Below are positions 56,020-64,000 of a stretch of DNA of 64,000 bases, piece by piece; position 1 is the stretch's first letter; each line of letters opens with the position of its first letter. The notes below the pieces were generated by a model. It searched no databases. It saw only the letters and a list, made by a program, of their open reading frames with translations, and was not told the origin of the DNA. Source of the DNA: Kofleriaceae bacterium (GTDB taxonomy: Bacteria > Myxococcota_A > Polyangia > Haliangiales > Haliangiaceae). A program made the translations under genes and the position numbers. The stretch covers positions 1,188-65,187 of the forward strand of contig CBDAUU010000120.1 of NCBI GenBank assembly GCA_965199985.1, given 5' to 3'.

Positions 56020-57668
56020 TCATCCTCCGCACTCGCTTCGTGACGATCGGCGAGGCCCTCTTCGGAGAGCCTGCCGAAGGTGCGCGGGTCGATCTAGTGC
56101 GTCACACGCAGCGCCGGGACGCGATTGCGAATGCTGCGTGTACCTCGTTCGCGACGATCCAGATCGATCTCCGCGCCGACGAGGTCGCGCTCCTCGCCGC
56201 GATCAAGAAGGGCACGCGGTACGAGATCCGGAGAGCGGAAACCGATGGCGTGCAGTGCGAGGTCGCGGCGCTCACCGAGCTTGCAAGGTTCAGCGAATTC
56301 TTCGCGAGCTTCGCGGAGATCAAAGGGATCTCGACGCTTCCAGACGCACAGCTCGAGGCGTACGCGCAGCAGGGCGCGCTCCGGCTAACGCGTGCACGGT
56401 CCGCGGATGGCGAGGTGCTCGTCTGGCACGCGTATCTCATCGGCAACAAGCGCGCGAGGTTGCTGCTGTCCGCGACGTCAGAACGCGGCGACGACAAGGC
56501 GAAACGTGCCGCGATCGGCCGCGCGAATCGGCTGCTTCACTGGCATGACATCAAGACGTTTCGCGCCGCGGGACTCGGTATCTACGACCTCGGCGGCTGG
56601 CAAGGGGAGAGCCCGGACCCGGAGTTGCGCGGCATCAGCAAGTTCAAACGAGAATTCGGGGGCGCCATCGTGGAGGAGGCGAACTGCGTGGAGGCGAAGA
56701 CGTTGCGAGGTAAGCTCTATCTCCGAGCGGAAGCGCTGGTCGCGAAGCTGCGGACCCGCCGCGCGAGCCCCGTTCCGCTCGCCCCGATCTCGTTGCTGCG
56801 TTGCCCCGACGATGCGGGCGAGCTCGTGCTGCGCGACGCTCACCTCCAGTGCTCGAGCTGTTCCGAGCGGTATCCGGTGGAGGACAACATCGTCCGCTTC
56901 GTGAAAGCCGACGAGCTCGACAGCGAGGAAAAGCGGAGCGAGATGCACGCCCGCGACCAGGAGGCGGAGCGCTACGACGAACGCTTCTCCGCGGTGCGCA
57001 ATGCGATCGAGATTCCCACCAGTCTCACTGCGCTTTCGCCGACCGCAGACGATGTGGTGGCCGAGCTCGGGTGCGGCTCGGGTCGCATGACGCTGCGCTA
57101 TCTCGAAACGGTTCGTGCGGTCATCGCGATCGATTTCTCGCTCGCCTCGCTACGAGTGCTGCAACGCAAGTTGCCGCCGCATTTGCGCGCGCGCGTCCTG
57201 CTCGTCCAGGCAGACATCTGCAGACCGCCCCTCGTCGCGAGCTCGTTCTCCAAGGTCGCCTCGTTTCAGGTGTTCGAGCACCTTCCAACGCCGGAGATGC
57301 GAGCGGCGGCGTTTCGTGCGGCGCGCAAGCTCCTCCGCCCTACGGGGACGTTCACGCTCTCGGTCTACAACTGGAACTGGAACAAGCAGCGCCTCAGTGC
57401 GAGAGGAATCGGCGATAACACCGCGAAGGAGGGCTTCCACGCGGGCGCGAATCGCGTCTACTACTTCAACTTCGAGCCTCACGATCTGGCTGCGCTGTTC
57501 GCGCAGAGTGGTTTTCAGGTCGACCTCATGACCGGACTCGATGCCCAGGTTCCAGGCATCGATCGCGTCGGCTTTGCCGCGGTCGCCGTCAACCGTCTCC
57601 TCGAGCGGCTCCCGCTCGGCCGCCGCCTGGGGCACTTGCTGCTCGCTCGTGGCAGCGTGCGGGTTTAG
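56016..57668 (+). CDS. Triple fusion: FemAB-like (Acetyltransf_6) domain + Trm112-like zinc ribbon + class I SAM methyltransferase
   Basis: GTGA overlap with the flippase gene. 'KGTRYEIRRAE', 'LHWHDIKTFRAAGLGIYDLGG' and 'ISKFKREFGG'. 'LLRCPDDAGELVL...LQCSSCSERYPVEDNIVRFV'. 'VAELGCGSGRMT' and 'FQVFEHLP'. Confidence 0.65.
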   Translation: MIILRTRFVTIGEALFGEPAEGARVDLVRHTQRRDAIANAACTSFATIQIDLRADEVALLAAIKKGTRYEIRRAETDGVQCEVAALTELARFSEFFASFAEIKGISTLPDAQLEAYAQQGALRLTRARSADGEVLVWHAYLIGNKRARLLLSATSERGDDKAKRAAIGRANRLLHWHDIKTFRAAGLGIYDLGGWQGESPDPELRGISKFKREFGGAIVEEANCVEAKTLRGKLYLRAEALVAKLRTRRASPVPLAPISLLRCPDDAGELVLRDAHLQCSSCSERYPVEDNIVRFVKADELDSEEKRSEMHARDQEAERYDERFSAVRNAIEIPTSLTALSPTADDVVAELGCGSGRMTLRYLETVRAVIAIDFSLASLRVLQRKLPPHLRARVLLVQADICRPPLVASSFSKVASFQVFEHLPTPEMRAAAFRAARKLLRPTGTFTLSVYNWNWNKQRLSARGIGDNTAKEGFHAGANRVYYFNFEPHDLAALFAQSGFQVDLMTGLDAQVPGIDRVGFAAVAVNRLLERLPLGRRLGHLLLARGSVRV

Positions 57669-58387
57669 CGCCGACGGCCGACGTACATCAGGTTGATCTT
57701 CGGCGTTCTAAGCACGGTCGAGAGCAGATCGAACGCCTGGCTCCACCGCGAGTACGGGCGTAGCGTCAGCGTCTTCGTTCGCACGGGCTCGAAGCCGTGG
57801 CGCTGCATGAAACGAGTCAGGCTCTTCGCGCTCCACGAGGTTTGGTGCTGGACGCGATGAAACTTACCGCCGCAATCCGGGCAGAACTGCATGTCGAGCT
57901 CGAGGTCTTCCTCGTTCCTCGTGGTGATCACGATCGAACCACCGGGCTTGGTGATCCGTGCGAGCTCCGCGGCCGTCGGCTCGATCTCGTCCGCGAGAAG
58001 ATGCTCGATCGTCTCGAGGAAGAACACGGTGTCGAACCGGCCAGCTTCGAACGGCGTTGGAAGCGCCGTGATCTCGGTCGCTCCAGCGAACTTGGGGTTC
58101 CCCGCAACGCGGGTACGAACGGCGGCGATCGACTCGGGCGAAAAATCGACGGCCTCGGTCAGCGCGCCACGCTTCACGAGTTTCTCGACGAGAAAGCCCG
58201 GACCCGAGCCGAAGTCCAGGACGCGTCCGCGCGTCAGATCGACATCGTGCGAGGCGAGATCGAGCACGGTATCGCCGACCTGTTTGCTGAAGTAACTGTT
58301 CTCGGTTGCATCGCGCGTCGCGAGCTGGTTCCAGAATCGGATCGCCTTCTCTCGGGTCCACACGACATCGTGAACGCTGAACGCCAT
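57665..58387 (-). CDS. Class I SAM-dependent methyltransferase with internal zinc-ribbon-like insert
   Basis: 'VLDFGSGPGFLVEKL', 'VFFLETIEHL' and 'GGSIVITT', plus 'FCPDCGGKFH'. Confidence 0.75.
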   Translation of the reverse strand: MAFSVHDVVWTREKAIRFWNQLATRDATENSYFSKQVGDTVLDLASHDVDLTRGRVLDFGSGPGFLVEKLVKRGALTEAVDFSPESIAAVRTRVAGNPKFAGATEITALPTPFEAGRFDTVFFLETIEHLLADEIEPTAAELARITKPGGSIVITTRNEEDLELDMQFCPDCGGKFHRVQHQTSWSAKSLTRFMQRHGFEPVRTKTLTLRPYSRWSQAFDLLSTVLRTPKINLMYVGRRR

Positions 58388-58389
58388 GG

Positions 58390-59214
58390 CTAGCCTGCCT
58401 CGTGGTGAGAGAACACGAACTGATTGCAGCCGCTGGACCCGGTGATCATCCGCTCGAGCGTGAAGCCCTTGTCATGATAGAGGGCGAAGATCTCCTCGGG
58501 CCGCGCGACTTCGAACGGGTAGCCGCCGAGCCAGTCGAACCAATCGTAGACCACCGACATCCCGCGGGTCCGCGCCGGATCGGTGTAGCGCTTGAGCGGG
58601 TTATCACCATGGACGACATCCACGGCCAGGCCCTCGAGCGCGAACGCCGGCACGAAGATCGCCGAGACCACCGCGCGACCGAATGGCCCCGAGCAATACG
58701 CGCGCTTGACGCGCTTCCACATCTGCGACTTCGCGCCCTGATCGTTGTAGATCGCGACGAACAGCGTCCCCGTGGGCGCGAGTGGAATCGTGATGTTGTC
58801 GAGCGCCTGCCACATCGCACCCGTGTGATGGAGCACACCCCACGAGTAGACGACATCGAACTCGCCCAGCGACCGAAGGTAATCGGCATCGAGAACCGAG
58901 GCTTCTTCGACGGACCACTCCGAGCCGATCCCGAACCGCGACCGCAGCTCCGTGGTGCAGGCGACCGATTGCGGGTCGAAATCGAAGGAATGAACGCGCG
59001 CACCCAGGCGATTCGCGGCGAGTGACATGATGCCGCTGCCAGAACCGGCGTCGAGGAAGCGCTTCCCTGCGAGGCTCGACACACCGAGCATCGCCTGGAG
59101 GGAGCTCTGCGCTTGCTGGATCCGCTCTTCGTTCAGGAGCCGCAGGAACCGCTGCCAGTTCTTTCCGAACTGGAACCGCTCCCCTCGACGGACCTCATCC
59201 CCGTGACTCGGCAT
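58390..59214 (-). CDS. Class I SAM-dependent methyltransferase
   Basis: 'FLDAGSGSGIMSLAA', 'DVVYSWGVLHHTG' and 'GTLFVAIYN'. Start at 'MPSHGDEV' (ATG 59214) is inferred. Confidence 0.7.
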   Translation of the reverse strand: MPSHGDEVRRGERFQFGKNWQRFLRLLNEERIQQAQSSLQAMLGVSSLAGKRFLDAGSGSGIMSLAANRLGARVHSFDFDPQSVACTTELRSRFGIGSEWSVEEASVLDADYLRSLGEFDVVYSWGVLHHTGAMWQALDNITIPLAPTGTLFVAIYNDQGAKSQMWKRVKRAYCSGPFGRAVVSAIFVPAFALEGLAVDVVHGDNPLKRYTDPARTRGMSVVYDWFDWLGGYPFEVARPEEIFALYHDKGFTLERMITGSSGCNQFVFSHHEAG

Positions 59215-59245
59215 TGGCGGCGCAGTATATGGTACTGGGAGCACG

Positions 59246-60199
59246 ATGATCGCGGTGACCGTCACCATCGATACGGAAGCTGACCACACCGGGCGTGCGT
59301 GGCAGAAGACGTCTCCGCTGCGGTACCGCTCTGTCATCGAAGGCATCCCGGAGGTGCTGACTCCGCTGTTCGCCCGCCACGGTGCCCGGCCGACCTACTT
59401 GCTCACGACCGAGGTCATGAACGACCCGGCCTCGGTCGAGACGCTGAAGCGGGCGCGCGACTGCGAGCTCGGGACCCACTTGCACGGCGATCACGTCGAG
59501 CCGGCAGCGAGAGCTCCCGATCCAGCGGGCCAAACCAGCTGGGACTTCACCTGCTGCTATCCGGAGGCGATCGAGCGCGCGAAGCTCGTCACGATCACGA
59601 ACCAGTTTCGCGACCGGTTCGATCGTGCGCCGCTCTCGTACCGTGCAGGTCGCTACGGGGCGTCGGGCCGGACCGCCCGCGAGCTCGCCGCGCTCGGATA
59701 CAAAGCGGAGACCAGCGTCACGCCGGGGATCGAGTGGATCAACGAGATCGAGCCGAGCCACCGGATGGACTTCCGCGGCGCGCCGATCACGCCGTATCGG
59801 CCATCGGAGCACGATCTCGCGCGCGCTGGCTCCCTGCCGATCTGGGAGCTTCCGGTCACCATCCTGGCGCGGCCAGCGCTGTGGAATCGCGGCCTGAGCA
59901 CTGCGCAGCGCCTGACGAACCGACCGCAGCAGTCCTATCCGGTGTGGCTGCGACCGTCGACGACCTCGCGGCCGTGGCTCTACTGGATGGTGCGCGAGAT
60001 CCTGCGCCGCCCCGGCTTGCAGCTGTTCAACATCATGTTCCACAGTATGGAGGTCGTGACCGGCGGGAGCCCGTATAACCTCACGGACACCGCGACGGCG
60101 CGAATCCTGCGCCGCTTGGACTTCGTCCTCGGGCTCCTGAAAGCGCGGGGCGCTCGCTTCTTCACGATGGCCGAGCTCGCCGAGACCCTCGACCGGTGA
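59246..60199 (+). CDS. Polysaccharide deacetylase-like (CE4/WalW-like) protein
   Basis: 'VTIDTEAD', 'GTHLHGDH' and 'YRAGRYG'. The assignment is tentative. Confidence 0.5.
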   Translation: MIAVTVTIDTEADHTGRAWQKTSPLRYRSVIEGIPEVLTPLFARHGARPTYLLTTEVMNDPASVETLKRARDCELGTHLHGDHVEPAARAPDPAGQTSWDFTCCYPEAIERAKLVTITNQFRDRFDRAPLSYRAGRYGASGRTARELAALGYKAETSVTPGIEWINEIEPSHRMDFRGAPITPYRPSEHDLARAGSLPIWELPVTILARPALWNRGLSTAQRLTNRPQQSYPVWLRPSTTSRPWLYWMVREILRRPGLQLFNIMFHSMEVVTGGSPYNLTDTATARILRRLDFVLGLLKARGARFFTMAELAETLDR

Positions 60200-61245
60200 T
60201 CCGGATCCTCTACGTGATGACGACCCTCGACGTCGGAGGTGCCGAGCGCTCCTTGCTCGAGCTCGTGCGGCGGCTCGACCGCTCTCGGTTTGCGCCATCG
60301 GTCTGCTCGCTGATGACGGGCGGACGGCTGGTCGAGACGTTCGAGGCCTCGAACGTCCCCGTCTTCGAGCTCGGGGTCGCTGGTGGCGTCGCGGAGCTCA
60401 ACGGTGCTCGCATCGTCCCGCTGCTCGCGCGCGTGCGGCCGCAGATCGTGCACTCGCGATTGATCCTCTCGAACCTGTGGGCGCGGCTGGGGCGGTTCCG
60501 CGCCAAGGTCATCAGCGAGGAGCGCGGCCTCGCCGAGGACCGCCCGCGCTTCATGACGTTGCTCGATCGGTGGTCGAGTCCGCTCGTGACTCGGCAGGTC
60601 GCGAATTCACACGCGGTTGCGGAGCGGATGCGCACCCGCGATCGCAGCTCGCCCGTCGTGATCCATGGTGGCATCGATACGGATCGCTTCTATCCAGGGG
60701 CGAAGGAGCCCGAGTGCGATCTGGTGACGGTCACGCGGCTCGAGCGCTACAAAGGGGTGTTCGATCTCGTCGATGCGATGCGCGAGGTCGTGGCGCGGCG
60801 GCCCGGCGCCACCCTGCGGATCTACGGCGGCGGAAGCAAGCTCGCGGAGCTCACCGCCAAGGTTCGCGAGGATGGGCTTGCTGCGAACATCGAGGTGTGT
60901 GGCGAGCGCGCGGACATACCAGCGCGGTTACAGGAGGGCCGCGTGTTCGTCCTCGCGTCTCACGAGGAGGGGCTACCGAACGCGGTGATGGAGGCGATGG
61001 CCGCGGGGCTCCCCGTGGTCGCGACGGAGGTTGGCGGTACCCCCGAGCTCGTTGGACCCGACACCGGAATGCTCGTCGCCGCGCGCCGTCCGAGCGAGCT
61101 GGCGGCGGCCATCCTGCGCTATCTCGGCGATCGCGAATTGCGGACCGCGCACGGCGCCGCGGCCCGCGCACATGCGGTCGCGAAGCTCGATGTTCGGACG
61201 ACGGTCGCGCGCTACGAAGCGCTCTATCAGGAGCTCGTCGGCTGA
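60196..61245 (+). CDS. GT4-family glycosyltransferase
   Basis: 'ILYVMTTLDVGGAERSLLEL', 'RLERYKG' and 'FVLASHEEGLPNAVMEAMAAGLPVVATEVGG'. Confidence 0.8.
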   Translation: MIRILYVMTTLDVGGAERSLLELVRRLDRSRFAPSVCSLMTGGRLVETFEASNVPVFELGVAGGVAELNGARIVPLLARVRPQIVHSRLILSNLWARLGRFRAKVISEERGLAEDRPRFMTLLDRWSSPLVTRQVANSHAVAERMRTRDRSSPVVIHGGIDTDRFYPGAKEPECDLVTVTRLERYKGVFDLVDAMREVVARRPGATLRIYGGGSKLAELTAKVREDGLAANIEVCGERADIPARLQEGRVFVLASHEEGLPNAVMEAMAAGLPVVATEVGGTPELVGPDTGMLVAARRPSELAAAILRYLGDRELRTAHGAAARAHAVAKLDVRTTVARYEALYQELVG

Positions 61246-63098
61246 TGTGCGGCATCACCGGTGCGGTGTCGCGCACGCCCGATCCAGCGCTCGAGGGCCT
61301 CGTCCGTCGGATGAACGCGACGCTCGTGCATCGTGGTCCGGATGGCGACGGCTTCTGGCGCAGCTCCTCCGAGCTGGCGATGTTCGGTCACCGGCGCCTC
61401 GCGATCATCGATCTCGCGACGGGCCAGCAACCGATGCGGGACGCGACCGAGCGTTTCACGGTCACGCTCAACGGCGAGATCTACAACTTCCTCGAGCTCC
61501 GCGCAGAGCAGGAGCGCCGCGGTGCGCGCTTCCTGACCCGCTCCGACACCGAGGTGATCCTCAACGCGCATCTGCTCGATGGCGCTGCCGCACCGACGGC
61601 GTTGCGTGGAATGTTTGCGTACGGCGTCTGGGACGAGCGCGATCAGCAGCTCACGTTGGTCCGCGACCGCTTCGGGAAGAAGCCGCTGTTCTACGCCGAG
61701 GACGGAGACCGGTTGGTCTTCGGTTCCGAGATCAAGGCGCTGCTCGCGGCGCTGCGTCAGCACACGGTCGACGAGACCGCGGTCGTCGAGTACTTGATGC
61801 TCGGCTACGTCCCGGGCAACCGGTCGATCTATCGCGAGATCAAGCGGGTACCTCCCGGCCATACGCTCACGTGGACGCGTGCGCGCGGAGTGCAGCTCGC
61901 TCGGTACTGGGAATGGCCCCTCCCGGAGGATCACGACGATCGGCGCAGCGATGCCGAGTGGGAGACCGACGTTGCGGGTGTCTTCGAGGATGCGGTCCGC
62001 CTTCGCTTGATCGCCGACGTTCCACTCGGCTCGTTTCTCTCGGGTGGGCTCGATTCGTCCGCGGTCGTCGCCGCATGCATGAACGGCGCGGCGCGCCCGT
62101 TCCACACGTTCTCGATCAGGGCTGCGGGCGGTCCATCTCCGGATGCCGATGCGGCGCACCAGGTTTCGCGGCTGCTCGGCACCACGCATCACGAAACGGT
62201 CCTGCAGTGCCCGAGCCCTGAAGAGCTGGTCGCGCTGTTCCAGCACTTCGACGAACCATTCGCGGATTCGTCGATGATCCCGACCGCTGCGGTCAGCGCG
62301 GCGGCGCGTCGCGAGGTCACGGTCGCGCTCTCGGGCGATGGCGGTGACGAGATCTTTGGCGGCTACGGCGTCTATCGCGATTACGATCAGCTCTCCCGGC
62401 TATCCGCGCTACCGCTCGTTCACCGCACCGCAGCGATCGCATCCACGCGGTGGCATGCCCGGTGGCCCGGCGCACGCATTCTCGATCAGCTGGCAGCGTC
62501 GGATGACGAGCGCTACTTGCGCCTGGTCTCGCACGTCTCGAGCAGCGCGCTCGCGCGAGCGCTCGGAAGCCGGACGGCCTCGGCGGCACGGGATGCGTCC
62601 GCGGAGGCACACGCGCTGTTCCGGTTTCCGAAGCTCGCGCGGGAGCCAGGCGCCGTGGCCCGCGCACAATGGATCGACGCGACCCGCGGCTACCTGCCGG
62701 GCGACATCTTGCCGAAGGTCGATCTCGCCTCGATGTCGCACAGCCTCGAGGTCAGATCGCCATTCCTCGACCACGTGCTCGCGGAACGCGTGGCGAAGCT
62801 GCCCGCACGCCTGCGCATGGATCGCGGTCGCGGAAAGGTGCTGCTCCGGACGATCGCGCGGCGGTACCTGCCGGTATCGATCATCGAACGGAAGAAGATC
62901 GGCTTCTCGATCCCACTCGCGGACTGGCTCGAAGGTCCGCTGCGTTCGCTCGTCACGCACTACCTCGCGCCTACCGGTCCGCTCGCAGGCCTCGTAGATC
63001 TCTCTCGCCTTCCACCCGAGCGCGACGACCGTACGGCGAATGCTCGGCGCACGTATACACTGCTCGCGCTCGCGGTCTGGGCCGAGCGTCAGCGCTGA
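61245..63098 (+). CDS. asnB: Asparagine synthase (glutamine-hydrolysing) family amidotransferase
   Basis: 'MCGITG' (N-terminal nucleophile Cys), 'HRGPDG', 'LNGEIYNF', 'SDTEV', 'SFLSGGLDSS' (PP-loop) and 'LSGDGGDEIFGGY'. ATG overlaps the GT4 stop. Confidence 0.9.
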   Translation: MCGITGAVSRTPDPALEGLVRRMNATLVHRGPDGDGFWRSSSELAMFGHRRLAIIDLATGQQPMRDATERFTVTLNGEIYNFLELRAEQERRGARFLTRSDTEVILNAHLLDGAAAPTALRGMFAYGVWDERDQQLTLVRDRFGKKPLFYAEDGDRLVFGSEIKALLAALRQHTVDETAVVEYLMLGYVPGNRSIYREIKRVPPGHTLTWTRARGVQLARYWEWPLPEDHDDRRSDAEWETDVAGVFEDAVRLRLIADVPLGSFLSGGLDSSAVVAACMNGAARPFHTFSIRAAGGPSPDADAAHQVSRLLGTTHHETVLQCPSPEELVALFQHFDEPFADSSMIPTAAVSAAARREVTVALSGDGGDEIFGGYGVYRDYDQLSRLSALPLVHRTAAIASTRWHARWPGARILDQLAASDDERYLRLVSHVSSSALARALGSRTASAARDASAEAHALFRFPKLAREPGAVARAQWIDATRGYLPGDILPKVDLASMSHSLEVRSPFLDHVLAERVAKLPARLRMDRGRGKVLLRTIARRYLPVSIIERKKIGFSIPLADWLEGPLRSLVTHYLAPTGPLAGLVDLSRLPPERDDRTANARRTYTLLALAVWAERQR

Positions 63099-64000
63099 GC
63101 GGTGCGGTCGGGCTCGCTGAATTCGGCATCGGCTGGCTTCGCGAAGGATTCGCGGAGAAACCCGAGCGCGAAGCCGAAGTTACTGAGCACGAACAGCCCG
63201 GTGCCTTCGAGCCGGGTCATGACGTCCGCCGGCACGTTGCGCGAAGCGATCAGGAATGCGCCTGTGTACGCAGCTGCGAGTGCGACCGCGCCACCGACCA
63301 GCCACGGTTGCAACGTGAGCGTACCGGCCAGCGCGACCGCGCCGAGAGGTAGCGGCACGAGGCGCGATACGCTGCCGAGCTGGAGGCCGGAGGTGTGCGC
63401 GCGAATCAGCGCTCGAACGCGCAGCCCATCCCGGTAGCCGCGCGCCCAGATCCCGCGAAGCGTCGTCGGAACCCCGTAATGCTGCGCGGTCAAATCGCGC
63501 GGCTGGAGCAGGCGGTAGTGATCGCGAAGCTGGAGCGAGAGATCCGAATCCTCGTTGATATCGACGCGCATCCGGATCCCGCGAAGCACGCTGCGGCGAA
63601 ACATCACGCACGCGCCGACGATCCAGCGAGTTTCCTCTCGCTCGTTCACATTGGTCTGGCGCACGAGGTCCTCGAAGAACGCCTGACCTCGGCCCCACCG
63701 CCGGTCGGTCACGCAGCGCGCCTGCGCGGAAACCGCGGCAACCTGATCATCTCCGTCGAGCAGCTCGACCATCCTTGCGATCGCGTGGGGCGGCAGCGCC
63801 GTATCGGAATCGAGGATCAGCACGTACTCCGAATCCTCGGGCGCCGCTTCGACGGCCGCGCGCTTGGTCGTTCGCAGACCGCGGTGAGGCGCGCGGACCA
63901 AGGTCATGGAGATCCGGTCGGCGTACGACTCGGCGATCGTCGCCGAGCTATCTGTCGATCCGTCATCGACCACGACGAGGTGAAAATCGCGCACGGTCTG
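63089..64000 (-). CDS. GT2 glycosyltransferase with C-terminal TM region (5' end beyond the window)
   Basis: 'HLVVVDDGSTDSS' and 'LILDSDTALP'. The ORF runs to the window edge and the usual N-terminal 'IPxxNE' block is missing, so the gene is partial here. Confidence 0.7.
   Translation of the reverse strand, partial: QTVRDFHLVVVDDGSTDSSATIAESYADRISMTLVRAPHRGLRTTKRAAVEAAPEDSEYVLILDSDTALPPHAIARMVELLDGDDQVAAVSAQARCVTDRRWGRGQAFFEDLVRQTNVNEREETRWIVGACVMFRRSVLRGIRMRVDINEDSDLSLQLRDHYRLLQPRDLTAQHYGVPTTLRGIWARGYRDGLRVRALIRAHTSGLQLGSVSRLVPLPLGAVALAGTLTLQPWLVGGAVALAAAYTGAFLIASRNVPADVMTRLEGTGLFVLSNFGFALGFLRESFAKPADAEFSEPDRTAQR

Overview
High-GC bacterial chromosomal segment. The gene content looks myxobacterial: a Hanks-type Ser/Thr kinase with TPR, a sigma-54 enhancer-binding response regulator, a TIGR02996-like/LRR/FHA protein, PilZ and GGDEF proteins. 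That taxonomic placement is an inference only.

The left half (1-30 kb) is mostly housekeeping and envelope genes. It holds tRNA-Arg(CCG), an MshEN/GspE_N-domain protein, the kinase, tatB-like/tatC, a class A PBP, GGDEF, PilZ, a GspC-like PDZ protein, pspA, uppS, cdsA, a MerR-TPR regulator, an NtrC-like regulator, an LRR protein, a GuaB1-like IMPDH homologue, gshB, a PIG-L/FG-GAP lipoprotein and a TIGR02996-like/LRR/FHA protein.

This half is punctuated by mobile or repeated DNA:
- A complete 1451-bp IS4-family element with a 10-bp target duplication sits exactly in a pair of overlapping convergent stop codons.
- Two related families of short inverted-repeat (MITE-like) elements share the core GGGGACGGT(C/A)ACC-N6-TCACTTTA. 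Several copies supply the TAA stop codon of the flanking genes.
- Two genes (the kinase and an MBL-like gene) show apparent single-base frame breaks.

The right half (about 30.1-64 kb) is one large envelope-glycan locus and is the most interesting part of the window. It encodes:
- A mycobacterial-type polyprenyl-phospho-arabinose donor pathway: a UbiA-family phosphoribosyltransferase, a DprE1-like FAD oxidase and two DprE2-like SDRs.
- An adjacent translationally coupled operon of polytopic GT-C-like membrane proteins, two of them fused to C-terminal F5/8 type C (discoidin) domains.
- Three copies of a UPF0104 'flippase-like' gene, each next to GT2 and/or PIG-V-like GT-C genes.
- GT4 and GT2 transferases, a MurJ-like flippase and at least seven SAM-methyltransferase domains.
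- A FemAB-like/Trm112/methyltransferase triple fusion, a CE4-like deacetylase and AsnB.

All functional calls come from motif recognition by eye. No database search was run.
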